Origin: a virus
Strand: one strand, 5' to 3'
DNA length: 64,000 nt
IMG/VR virus record: IMGVR_UViG_3300021255_002737
Made by a program: the position numbers and the translations under genes
Shown: in pieces, positions 39,549-47,133 of the stretch
How the letters are laid out: every line of letters begins with the position of its first letter
Position numbering within the stretch: position 1 is the stretch's first letter
The notes under the pieces: generated by a model
Told to the model about the DNA's origin: nothing
Database searches by the model: none
What the model saw: only the letters and a program-made list of their open reading frames with translations

Positions 39549-40196
39549 TTAAATGTTTGATGGTGCAACTTCACGTAATGCTTCGCAGAGAATCGGGTCT
39601 TGTCGAAGCATATCTTTGAGTTCTTCATACTGATCTGGTGTAATCCATACAGATACCTTTGCCATTACCGTGCCAATAATACGAGATACCGTCTCATACT
39701 TATATACCTTCTCTTGTATCTCACCAATGGATGCCGTGAGGGTTTGACGGCGAAGCGTGAGTTTATCCAATGAGTTAATCATGGTACTCAAGTCTTTTAC
39801 ATTGACAGAACCTTTGCCAACCTGTTTGTTCATCTCGTCAAGCTGTACAGAGATAATATCAAGAGCCGTATTGATGTCATGGAGAGATTTACAATTCTCT
39901 CTATAGACATTCACAGCTTCATCCGTGGACTCCTCGGAGACATCGCCGCCAAGACCGTGGTCTCTACAGTAACGCGCAATAGAATTGTGTGAAATCTTAT
40001 AGTTATTCGGGATGAGTCCAGGCGTGTTATTGATATAGTCCGTCAATTCACGGTAACTCATGCCCTGCATACGCTTTTCACGGACAATATTTGTCAGATT
40101 GTACTGTTCAACCAATGTCATGCCCGCAGCTTCAAAATGAGGATGATCTGCCCGATTGATTCTTGGTGGCGGTGGCGTTGGATGCTTATTTGACAT
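39549..40196 (-). CDS. terS: Terminase small subunit
   Basis: 215 aa. HTH segment MSYRELTDYINN...ISHNSIARYCRDHGL. Upstream of the HNH and terL genes. Confidence 0.65.
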   Translation of the reverse strand: MSNKHPTPPPPRINRADHPHFEAAGMTLVEQYNLTNIVREKRMQGMSYRELTDYINNTPGLIPNNYKISHNSIARYCRDHGLGGDVSEESTDEAVNVYRENCKSLHDINTALDIISVQLDEMNKQVGKGSVNVKDLSTMINSLDKLTLRRQTLTASIGEIQEKVYKYETVSRIIGTVMAKVSVWITPDQYEELKDMLRQDPILCEALREVAPSNI

Positions 40197-40292
40197 AAAA
40201 TTTCCCCCTTGTTTTTCCTGTAGGATAAACTATATGCGTCAACGGAGAAACAATGAGTGTATCGTCTAGCTAGACGACACAGATGGAAATAA

Positions 40293-40589
40293 TCAAGTCT
40301 TTTTGATTTTCCTATTGTAGTTTTTCATTCTGTCAGATGCTTTTTTTCGTTCATCCTCGGTATACTTCCTACTTACTCGTTTAGTTCGGAACGACAATAG
40401 CTTCTTATCAAACTCATAGTACGCCGCAATAGGTTTTCCGTTGACGTAGTCCTGCTTAACTCTCTTGTGAATCTTGTCCAATTTTGTCATCACCGTAGAG
40501 TCTGTTGTGTAGACATGGCATACCGTGCCATTACGGTCAAACTGAATTACCGTCTCTTGTTCGTCCGTTGGTACAAAATAGTCATCCAT
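40293..40589 (-). CDS. Hypothetical protein
   Basis: 98-aa ORF with a basic C-terminus. Confidence 0.6.
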   Translation of the reverse strand: MDDYFVPTDEQETVIQFDRNGTVCHVYTTDSTVMTKLDKIHKRVKQDYVNGKPIAAYYEFDKKLLSFRTKRVSRKYTEDERKKASDRMKNYNRKIKKT

Positions 40590-40724
40590 ATATTGATACC
40601 TTTCAATGTGTTATTCTAAAAAATGGAAAAGCCTGAGTGTCGTGAATCGCGGCTATTCAGCCAAGTCCAGTGTACTCTATTATAGGGCATCTGGAGTTCA
40701 CGGTGACTCAAGCAAAAAATCAAA

Positions 40725-40799
40725 TGGAGCTACCAGCAGGAATTGCACCCGCGTCCATGGTGTACAAGGCCATTGTTCTGCTTATTGAACTATGGTAGC
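40725..40799 (-). tRNA. tRNA-Thr (anticodon UGU), slightly non-canonical
   Basis: Manual cloverleaf: acceptor GCTACCA/TGGTAGC, D arm GTTC-AATAAGCA-GAAC, anticodon loop CTTGTAC, T arm GCGGG-TGCAATT-CCTGC, encoded CCA. Deviations: a 31-39 C/A mismatch and G at position 55. Confidence 0.6.
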
Positions 40800-40806
40800 A
40801 TGATGA

Positions 40807-40943
40807 AACCGTAGGATGGATTTGAACCACCATAAAGGAACAAGATGCGCTAGAAACACCTCGGTATGTACTTTCCTTGCTCTAGCCGTTGTGAAGGTCT
40901 TTACGTCATGGCATAATACCTTAACACATTGAGCTACTACGGT
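40807..40943 (-). ncRNA. Aberrant 137-nt tRNA-like gene with two helix insertions; distal 7-nt loop UUCUAGC (CUA)
   Basis: Acceptor ACCGTAG/CTACGGT. D stem GCTC/GAGC with a ~40-nt hairpin inserted in an otherwise AATGGCTA D loop. Stem AGGAA/TTCCT enclosing 32 nt that form CGAGGTGT-TTCTAGC-GCATCTTG. T arm GGTGG-TTCAAAT-CCATC. No encoded CCA. Confidence 0.5.
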
Positions 40944-41016
40944 ATGAAAACAGGAGCCGCCAACAAACGACTCCAGAGACTCGATTCCGCATTGTCGCGG
41001 ACGAGCTAAAAAGACA

Positions 41017-41046
41017 TGAAAAAGGAGTCGGCATTTTACCGACCCC
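41017..41046 (-). terminator. Rho-independent terminator after the Bro-N gene
   Basis: Minus strand: GGGTCGG-taaaatg-CCGACTC followed by CTTTTTC. Confidence 0.6.
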
Positions 41047-41057
41047 ATGTGTGTCAA

Positions 41058-41747
41058 TCAAAGTTCCAGTTCAGGATAAGCGACTTCCCATGCCTTAACA
41101 TGGTATGTATTGACTTCTCCATAGTTTGCATCGAAGATTTTCTTTACACCAATCCCAATGTCAGCCGATGCCTGTTTGAGTTTGCGCCACGAAATGCTTT
41201 TCCATGAAATATCATTGAGTTTTGCAACGCGCTTAATGGAATACCATTCTTTGCTGTAGTCCAGCTCTGCCTGTAAGCGTTCTTTCTCCTGCTTTTCTTT
41301 CTTGTACTCCGTGAGTAATTTGATGCAGGAATCAGGATCATTAAGCATCATGTCAATGACACTCTGCTTTGCATACAGGCCATGTTTACGAATGTCAGGA
41401 AGAACTTCATGTGTAACCCAATGTTTGAACTTCTTGGCTGTAGGGAGTTTACTGCCAAAAATCAGGGCATATACACCGGACTCACTGATAAACCAATTAT
41501 CCTGACGCCCAAGTTTATTCTGCATTTCCTTTACCGAACTAAAGAGTTTTAGCATTTCGCTACCACGCTCCGACCTAAGGAATTTATCCTCGCAATCAAC
41601 ATGGTCATGAACAGCTTCATTTGGGTTCTTGTATCCGAGAATATCCGCTACATCTTTCCCAACGAACCAAGGCTCATTGTTGATAATAACAGTGCGAACC
41701 TTGCCGAACTCTGGATTGTTAAAAACCTGTAATACATTGTTTTCCAT
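41058..41747 (-). CDS. Bro-N domain antirepressor
   Basis: FGKVRTVIINNEPWFVGKDVADILGY...GVYALIFGSKLPTAKKFKHWVTHEVLPDIRKHG. Confidence 0.8.
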   Translation of the reverse strand: MENNVLQVFNNPEFGKVRTVIINNEPWFVGKDVADILGYKNPNEAVHDHVDCEDKFLRSERGSEMLKLFSSVKEMQNKLGRQDNWFISESGVYALIFGSKLPTAKKFKHWVTHEVLPDIRKHGLYAKQSVIDMMLNDPDSCIKLLTEYKKEKQEKERLQAELDYSKEWYSIKRVAKLNDISWKSISWRKLKQASADIGIGVKKIFDANYGEVNTYHVKAWEVAYPELEL

Positions 41748-42523
41748 ATAACACCATACCTTTCAAAGAAACATTCCTTATTCTCGACAACAATCACAAG
41801 ACGTTAACCTTGCTTTTGCTATAAAATAACGGCGAGCGACAGGGAAGGAATGGTAAAACCTGTCAATGGGGAGCTACCCCGACTCGCCGGTATAAACAAA
41901 TAAACATAAAACTACACTGGAAAATAAGGTTTCCCTTTATGTCCTCATGTTCTGTGTTATTGTGTTACGAGCAATACAAGTCTGAGCAACGACTAGCAAC
42001 TTTCGCGCTTCTTGCACTAGGAGCTAACTCCCCTATGACTCGACAGGACTATGACCTGCATCTTTCATTCATCATTCAGAAATGATATGCTTTTTCTAAC
42101 CAATATTATGCAGATTGAACTACTCTACCTATCTACTTCCGTTATAGCTGCGGTTAAACAGCGTCACTGCAATACCTGTTTGATTGGGTTTATACCTATG
42201 GTTAGACCATGTGAACCCAGACACATGATTTCATAGGCGACCGTATTGGTGCTTGCACAGGCCGGAAGGGACGGACACTACACTCGACATGATTCACACA
42301 TATCCCAACAAGATAAGCTCTTTGAACTCTCATCGGCATAATCGCTTACGTCAACTAATGAATGGTACAGGCTATCGTCTATATCATCCATTTCTCTTAA
42401 CAGGGATATTCTCAGCGGACTGACAATCCTCTGCACTGAGTTATCTTCCAGTACAGTTTTATGTCTATTTATAATGGTGGGGATGGTTTAATTGGACACA
42501 TCCCCATAAAAATAAAATATTAC
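41748..42523. ncRNA. Candidate large structured non-coding RNA region (776 nt, no ORF) next to the tRNA genes
   Basis: Dense local hairpins, including a three-way junction at 41830-41889 (CGGCGAG/CTCGCCG enclosing ACAGG/CCTGT and GGGG/CCCC). Confidence 0.35.
41790..41818 (-). promoter_or_regulatory. Shared operator/promoter box upstream of an antirepressor gene, copy 1
   Basis: CAATCACAAGACGTTAACCTTGCTTTTGC; 28 of 29 positions identical to 43139..43167. Confidence 0.5.
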
Positions 42524-43108
42524 TCAATGACGTTCCAGAAGATTTACAATATATTCTTTGCCTTTGTACGTGACTTCCGTATAGCTCCTGTCGTTATTCT
42601 TTGGATGAACAAGGAACCATCCTTTGTCAATGTACCGTTGATATGGCATGTACTTATTCTCAGGCGTGCGATAGATATACCCATGATTAACTAACCATCG
42701 TGACAGCTTGTTCTGTCCCATGCTGAAACGATTCCATACAATGTCTGCAAGGTCATTCATGGAATACGTTACATCCTTATCCTCGACATCATTGTTTTCA
42801 ATCATGTCACGATCTTGGATACGCCCAATGTGTTTCAGGATGGCGTCCATGAATCGTCTACCGTTTCCTCTAGGGAAGTATGGTGCAACAAGTTTAAACG
42901 CATCTACAATTGTAATGTAAGGTTCGTTTTCAATGCGCAACGGAATGATTCCCGTCTTTTCAAGCATGACTTCACTACGACCAAGACGATGGTCAATCCA
43001 GTCTGCAACATCCCTTGCATTCACATAGATATAACCAATCGTTCCATAGAGTGTTACCGTGACACCGTAGGATTCTACATGGGCAACCACGCCAAAATTC
43101 TCATTCAT
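42524..43108 (-). CDS. KilAC-domain antirepressor
   Basis: Start refined to MNENFGVV. C-terminus YSMNDLADIVWNRFSMGQNKLSRWLVNHGYIYR...YQRYIDKGWF...TYKGKEYI is KilAC-like. Confidence 0.65.
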   Translation of the reverse strand: MNENFGVVAHVESYGVTVTLYGTIGYIYVNARDVADWIDHRLGRSEVMLEKTGIIPLRIENEPYITIVDAFKLVAPYFPRGNGRRFMDAILKHIGRIQDRDMIENNDVEDKDVTYSMNDLADIVWNRFSMGQNKLSRWLVNHGYIYRTPENKYMPYQRYIDKGWFLVHPKNNDRSYTEVTYKGKEYIVNLLERH

Positions 43109-43138
43109 TTCAATTTCCTTTCTGTGTGTCCAATGTTG

Positions 43139-43167
43139 CAATCACAAGACGTTAACCTTGCTCTTGC
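43139..43167 (-). promoter_or_regulatory. Shared operator/promoter box upstream of an antirepressor gene, copy 2
   Basis: CAATCACAAGACGTTAACCTTGCTCTTGC. Confidence 0.5.
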
Positions 43168-43213
43168 CGTTAGGTGGTGGGAGAAAGTAACGCCCACCTA
43201 TGCCCCTCTTTGG

Positions 43214-43252
43214 ACATAATAAAAGGACACGGCAAGGGGGCAAACCGTGTCC
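43214..43252 (-). terminator. Rho-independent terminator
   Basis: Minus strand: GGACACGG-tttgcccccttg-CCGTGTCC followed by TTTTATTAT. Confidence 0.7.
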
Positions 43253-43266
43253 AGAGTGTAATTAAA

Positions 43267-43316
43267 TTACCCCTCTATATATAATGTCGAAAAATGGGGG
43301 TAATTGTTCGGTAAAA
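43267..43316 (-). repeat. Conserved ~50-nt element, copy 2 of 3
   Basis: TTACCCCTCTATATATAATGTCGAAAAATGGGGGTAATTGTTCGGTAAAA. Confidence 0.6.
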
Positions 43317-43329
43317 CGCAAAATTTTTT

Positions 43330-43569
43330 TTATTTTTTCTTGATTTTTTTATCAAGAGCGGATTTTAATAGCTTTGAACGCCTAGATGCTATCATTGCAC
43401 GTTGAATAAGCTCGTCTTTAGAGTCAGAATCGGGCATATTTTCTATCATTGTAGCTGCTATGTCATACGGTACGCGCATCACAAGGCACTCGCTGCCACA
43501 ATCTGCAAAACAACTAATGTTGTCATACATAGAGCTTTTCACATCCTGTATGTTCTTGAATCGTATCAA
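43330..43569 (-). CDS. Hypothetical protein
   Basis: 79-aa ORF. Confidence 0.6.
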   Translation of the reverse strand: MIRFKNIQDVKSSMYDNISCFADCGSECLVMRVPYDIAATMIENMPDSDSKDELIQRAMIASRRSKLLKSALDKKIKKK

Positions 43570-44476
43570 GCAATTCCTTCATTCCCAGCTTGTCCATGCA
43601 ATACTTGTACAACATAGGATGTGTTTTAGACAATCGGACAAACCTACGTCTATCACCCTTTTCTAAGTGGCAACCAATCGGGCAAAACACACATCCCGTC
43701 CTGTCCTCTCCTGTTGTGGCATATTTCCCGTTCTTATCCTTTACAATGTCGCCATAAACACTAGGAATCTTCACATGACGAGTAACAATGTATTCCAATA
43801 CATCTTGTTCTGTCCAAAAGCTCATGGGCTTAGACGATGGGTCTTTAGCGTCAAACGCATTGCAGCCATGTCGAATCCATGCGTTATGCCTAAGTCTAGA
43901 TTCACACGCCATAGTTGCTAACATTGGCTTTGTCCCTGTTTGTTTCATGTATTTATGACCGGGCTTCTTTTTCATAACAGTGCAACAATATGGACTGATT
44001 TTAATTGGCGAATCTACCAGCCATGCCCATTTCATCTTATTCTTACACCAAGGGTTGCTGTGTCCCTCTTTATCGAGCCCATGAAATACATTGATTGCCC
44101 ATTGGGAACCCTTGCGCCCATAGTAAATAGTCATTGCAACCTCTTTTGAAGGATATACCCATCCTTCGTCTTGAATTACCTGAAGAAAAGATTTCTCTGG
44201 ACGAATGATAACAATATTGTCAAATGACTTCACATGATCTTTAACCTCGGGGAACTCCAAACCAGTGTCTACGAATACCCCTTTGATGTCAGGAAACATC
44301 TCGCGCGCAATATCCATCAGTACAGAGGAGTCCTTGCCACCGCTGAATGACACGTAGACATTGCCATTGTAATGATTGTACCATTCAGTGATTCTCAGCT
44401 TTGTCAGTGTAATTTTGTCATCAAGGGGAAGTGCCTGTAATTCCCTTAGCTCATCACTTGAGTGTTTCATCGTCAT
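43523..44476 (-). CDS. PAPS-reductase-family / PP-loop ATP pyrophosphatase protein
   Basis: VSFSGGKDSSVLMDIA PP-loop motif and a C-terminal Cys cluster CVFCPIGC. Confidence 0.75.
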   Translation of the reverse strand: MTMKHSSDELRELQALPLDDKITLTKLRITEWYNHYNGNVYVSFSGGKDSSVLMDIAREMFPDIKGVFVDTGLEFPEVKDHVKSFDNIVIIRPEKSFLQVIQDEGWVYPSKEVAMTIYYGRKGSQWAINVFHGLDKEGHSNPWCKNKMKWAWLVDSPIKISPYCCTVMKKKPGHKYMKQTGTKPMLATMACESRLRHNAWIRHGCNAFDAKDPSSKPMSFWTEQDVLEYIVTRHVKIPSVYGDIVKDKNGKYATTGEDRTGCVFCPIGCHLEKGDRRRFVRLSKTHPMLYKYCMDKLGMKELLDTIQEHTGCEKLYV

Positions 44477-44648
44477 CGTCTACCTCAATTCCGATTTTTA
44501 CAATGGCAGAAACGAAGAAAATCAGGAGCATGTTAATGAGAATCAGGGAAACACATACGGTTGCACGGAACATCTCTACACTATTCGCGCAAACCATAGC
44601 AACGACCATCATGATCGCACCAATTAACAATACCATTACGTTATTCAT
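44454..44648 (-). CDS. Small membrane protein
   Basis: 64 aa, two hydrophobic helices and an acidic tail. Confidence 0.5.
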   Translation of the reverse strand: MNNVMVLLIGAIMMVVAMVCANSVEMFRATVCVSLILINMLLIFFVSAIVKIGIEVDDDDETLK

Positions 44649-44814
44649 CCGGCATTACCTCCATACGTTTTATATTCCAACTTGTGAATAGCTCATTCGC
44701 TTTCTCTTGTACGCGATGAGAAACAGCTGCGGCATCTCCGTCCTCCTCTACGCACACCGTCATGTCTTTCAGCGTACCTTCAATACTATCATCATGTATC
44801 GTAATATAAATCAA
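44641..44814 (-). CDS. Possible small protein, TTG start (57 aa)
   Basis: Own translation: (M)IYITIHDDSIEGTLKDMTVCVEEDGDAAAVSHRVQEKANELFTSWNIKRMEVMPDE. AAGGTG upstream. The stop overlaps the next start. Confidence 0.35.
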   Translation of the reverse strand: MIYITIHDDSIEGTLKDMTVCVEEDGDAAAVSHRVQEKANELFTSWNIKRMEVMPDE

Positions 44815-44826
44815 ATAAACACCTTC

Positions 44827-45483
44827 TTATGGTTCATATTCTTCTGCAATCCTCGACAACCTTCCACGGAAGTTCCGTGTCAGCTCAACCTTACGTCCAA
44901 TGTGTTCAACCATGTAATTGCCATAGTCGACAAAGCAATGTTCCTTGTCGCCTGGATTGTCACTCTGACGGGAATCACCTAATAACACACATTTAGAATC
45001 ATCATGAATGCGCGTCAGGACAAGACGCAGGTCACTCACGCCCATATTCTGTCCTTCGTCGATGATAACAAGGCAATCCATGAGGTTTACGCCGCGAAGG
45101 TTATTGTCTGTAATAAGCATGACCTGTTCTGTATTGACGAGTGCCTGAATATCTCTCTGTGAAAAGCCAAGGACTTCCAGTGCATCGTATGCAGCATAAT
45201 ATAACTGCGCTGTTTTCTGCTCAAGGTCTCCCGGTAAATATCCGTTGGCATAGCTGCGTTTTGATGGTTTGATGATATAGATGATTTTACTGATAACTCC
45301 ATTGGCGAGCATATCAACCCCCGCAGCAAATGCAACGGTTGTTTTACCAGAACCAGCCTTGGCTTCCACAAACGTAAATGGAACCTCAAGGATGCTATCG
45401 AACATCACATGTTGTTCATTGGACATCCTTTTGTAAAACCTGTCACGATCCTTGTTGAACAGCGGAATTTCTTTGTCATTCAT
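44827..45483 (-). CDS. phoH: PhoH-like ATPase
   Basis: Walker A AKAGSGKTT, Walker B VIIDEGQN, and LLGDSRQSD. Confidence 0.8.
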   Translation of the reverse strand: MNDKEIPLFNKDRDRFYKRMSNEQHVMFDSILEVPFTFVEAKAGSGKTTVAFAAGVDMLANGVISKIIYIIKPSKRSYANGYLPGDLEQKTAQLYYAAYDALEVLGFSQRDIQALVNTEQVMLITDNNLRGVNLMDCLVIIDEGQNMGVSDLRLVLTRIHDDSKCVLLGDSRQSDNPGDKEHCFVDYGNYMVEHIGRKVELTRNFRGRLSRIAEEYEP

Positions 45484-45719
45484 GTCTTGTCCTCCTGCAA
45501 ATAAAAAAGACCATAGTATCCCATTTCAGAGACATCCTATGGTCTTACCTTGGTACATCTATAGTATATACATTGTATATACTATGTGTATCAATGGATA
45601 TTATTGTATTCTATTGTTAAAACCTATGAAATACATCCATAGTTCTTCTAACGTCATTCAATGATTTGATTGAAAGAGTATAGTCTTATCAATGGACACA
45701 TGGTTTATACAGTGTTCTG

Positions 45720-45751
45720 ATTTGCTATCGCAAATACTTGCTAAAGCAAGT
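45720..45751. repeat. Tandem double hairpin, copy B1
   Basis: ATTTGC-TATC-GCAAAT followed by ACTTGC-TAAA-GCAAGT. Confidence 0.6.
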
Positions 45752-45834
45752 GAATCTATTTAATCAAGGGAAGGTTTGGAACCATCATTGCACTCACATT
45801 GCTTACTCATTAACCCTATGTCTATCATTGTTAT

Positions 45835-45875
45835 CAACGGAGGAACTATGGTTACTATCTAAGGTTCTATCGTTG
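45835..45875. repeat. Hairpin family M3, copy 3
   Basis: Stem CAACG/CGTTG around the GAGGAACTATGGTTACTATCTAAGGTTC loop. Confidence 0.55.
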
Positions 45876-45952
45876 GTATCAATGTATTCTATAGACACTC
45901 AATGGATACTCAATGTATTACTATGTACTCTCATTGTCTGTCTGTTTATATT

Positions 45953-45997
45953 ATTTGCGAAGCAAATGATTCACGAAGTGAATCTTCTAAAGGTCTG
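45953..45997. repeat. Tandem double hairpin, copy B2, with conserved flank
   Basis: ATTTGC-GAA-GCAAAT + GATTCAC-GAA-GTGAATC + TTCTAAAGGTCTG. Confidence 0.6.
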
Positions 45998-46076
45998 TTT
46001 ACAGAGATTCAATGTATTCTATAGTATCTCTATGGTCTCCCCTATAACCCCAAAAGGGTATATTTTCCCCCACGAC

Positions 46077-46095
46077 TTCCCTTTCTTTTCTCTTT
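46077..46095 (+). repeat. 19-nt polypyrimidine tract, partner of 46221..46239
   Basis: TTCCCTTTCTTTTCTCTTT. Confidence 0.7.
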
Positions 46096-46220
46096 ACCCT
46101 GTCACTGCCGCCGTGAAGGTTCCAATGCATGACTCTGATTTGCACCATGCAGGTAAAGAGGAAATAGCCCGACTTCCTACAGTCAGGCAAGGAATATTCT
46201 GGGAGATGTCAACATCTTCC

Positions 46221-46239
46221 AAGGGAAAGAAAAGAGAAA
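46221..46239 (+). repeat. 19-nt polypurine tract; same-direction complement of 46077..46095
   Basis: AAGGGAAAGAAAAGAGAAA. Confidence 0.7.
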
Positions 46240-46346
46240 AGACAAGGCTCATTCCTGTGTACCTGATACCAGTGTACGGCGGTTCCACCCTGTCCAGATT
46301 GAGAGAACAGTCACGCTGTCAACGAGTGACAATGAGGTCAATAAAA

Positions 46347-46395
46347 TTACCCCTCTATATATAATGTCGAAAAATGGGGGTATTTGTTCGGTAAA
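46347..46395 (-). repeat. Conserved ~50-nt element, copy 3 of 3
   Basis: TTACCCCTCTATATATAATGTCGAAAAATGGGGGTATTTGTTCGGTAAA. Confidence 0.6.
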
Positions 46396-47062
46396 TCTCA
46401 AAAAAAATACAAAAAATTTTTTCAAACCTCTACAATGCCGTGTATGCTCATTTAGGTATCACCTGTATCACCATGCTCAAACCGTTGATTTACAAGGCTT
46501 TACGGCGATTCTACGGTGTTATGGCAATGGATTCCCTTGTTTCACCCTCGATAAACCCTTGTGGCGTAAGGGTTTGCGGTGTATTTCACTGAAATCATGG
46601 GATTTCCGCAGAGATGCGTAAAATTTCCACTGAGGTGCGCGGTTTGTGCTGTGACTATGCGGGCGATTTTACTGAGAACGTTTCCCATATTGGTACACGC
46701 AAAAGCACCCACCATGTCCGCGTCTAGTGTACAATTCAATGTGATTCTCGCGAATCCCTTATATATAGCCATTCTTAACATCATATTACTATATGTTATC
46801 ACATGTATATTCTGATGACAACATAATATGATAACGTATCTCATTGAATGACATTGATATACATTGTAATTCCGATGACTACAACAATGCGCTGCTGTTC
46901 GAGTTAATGGCTGTCCGTTGATAACATATGAATAACCATTCATATATCAGTGGTATAGAACGCGCGTCAATCAGAATGCATTCTTATACATTCAATGTAT
47001 ATCTATACAATCTCATTGCAATCTCATTGCCCTACACTAGATATTCATTGTAATCCAGTGCC

Positions 47063-47133
47063 TTACATTGGAATTTCATTGCCCTGCACTAGAGTCTTAT
47101 TGTAAACTAATTACTTACATTGGAATTTCATTG
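47063..47133. repeat. Iteron-like direct repeats
   Basis: TTACATTGGAATTTCATTG occurs at 47063-47081 and 47115-47133, with many additional CATTG motifs across 46980-47200. Confidence 0.6.

Noticed and set aside
40631-40713. Possible third tRNA: a 7-bp acceptor-like stem GCTTGAG/CTCAGGC (with a G.U pair on the minus sense)
   Set aside because: No D arm or T arm can be drawn. The interior folds as CGTGAA/TTCACG plus two hairpins, and it contains a TATAAT box. It is more likely a promoter/operator or another small structure upstream of 40293-40589.
40782-41057. 91-aa minus-strand ORF
   Set aside because: It overlaps the tRNA-Thr 5' end, the tRNA-like gene and a terminator, so it is spurious.
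42478-42506. Hairpin GGGGATG...CATCCCC as the terminator of the KilAC gene
   Set aside because: No U-tract follows the stem on either strand. It is kept only as part of the structured non-coding region.
45738-46364. 208-aa plus-strand ORF in the large non-coding region
   Set aside because: Low-complexity, Leu/Ser-rich translation with no ribosome-binding site. It runs straight through repeated hairpin modules and the Py tract, and has no recognisable domain.
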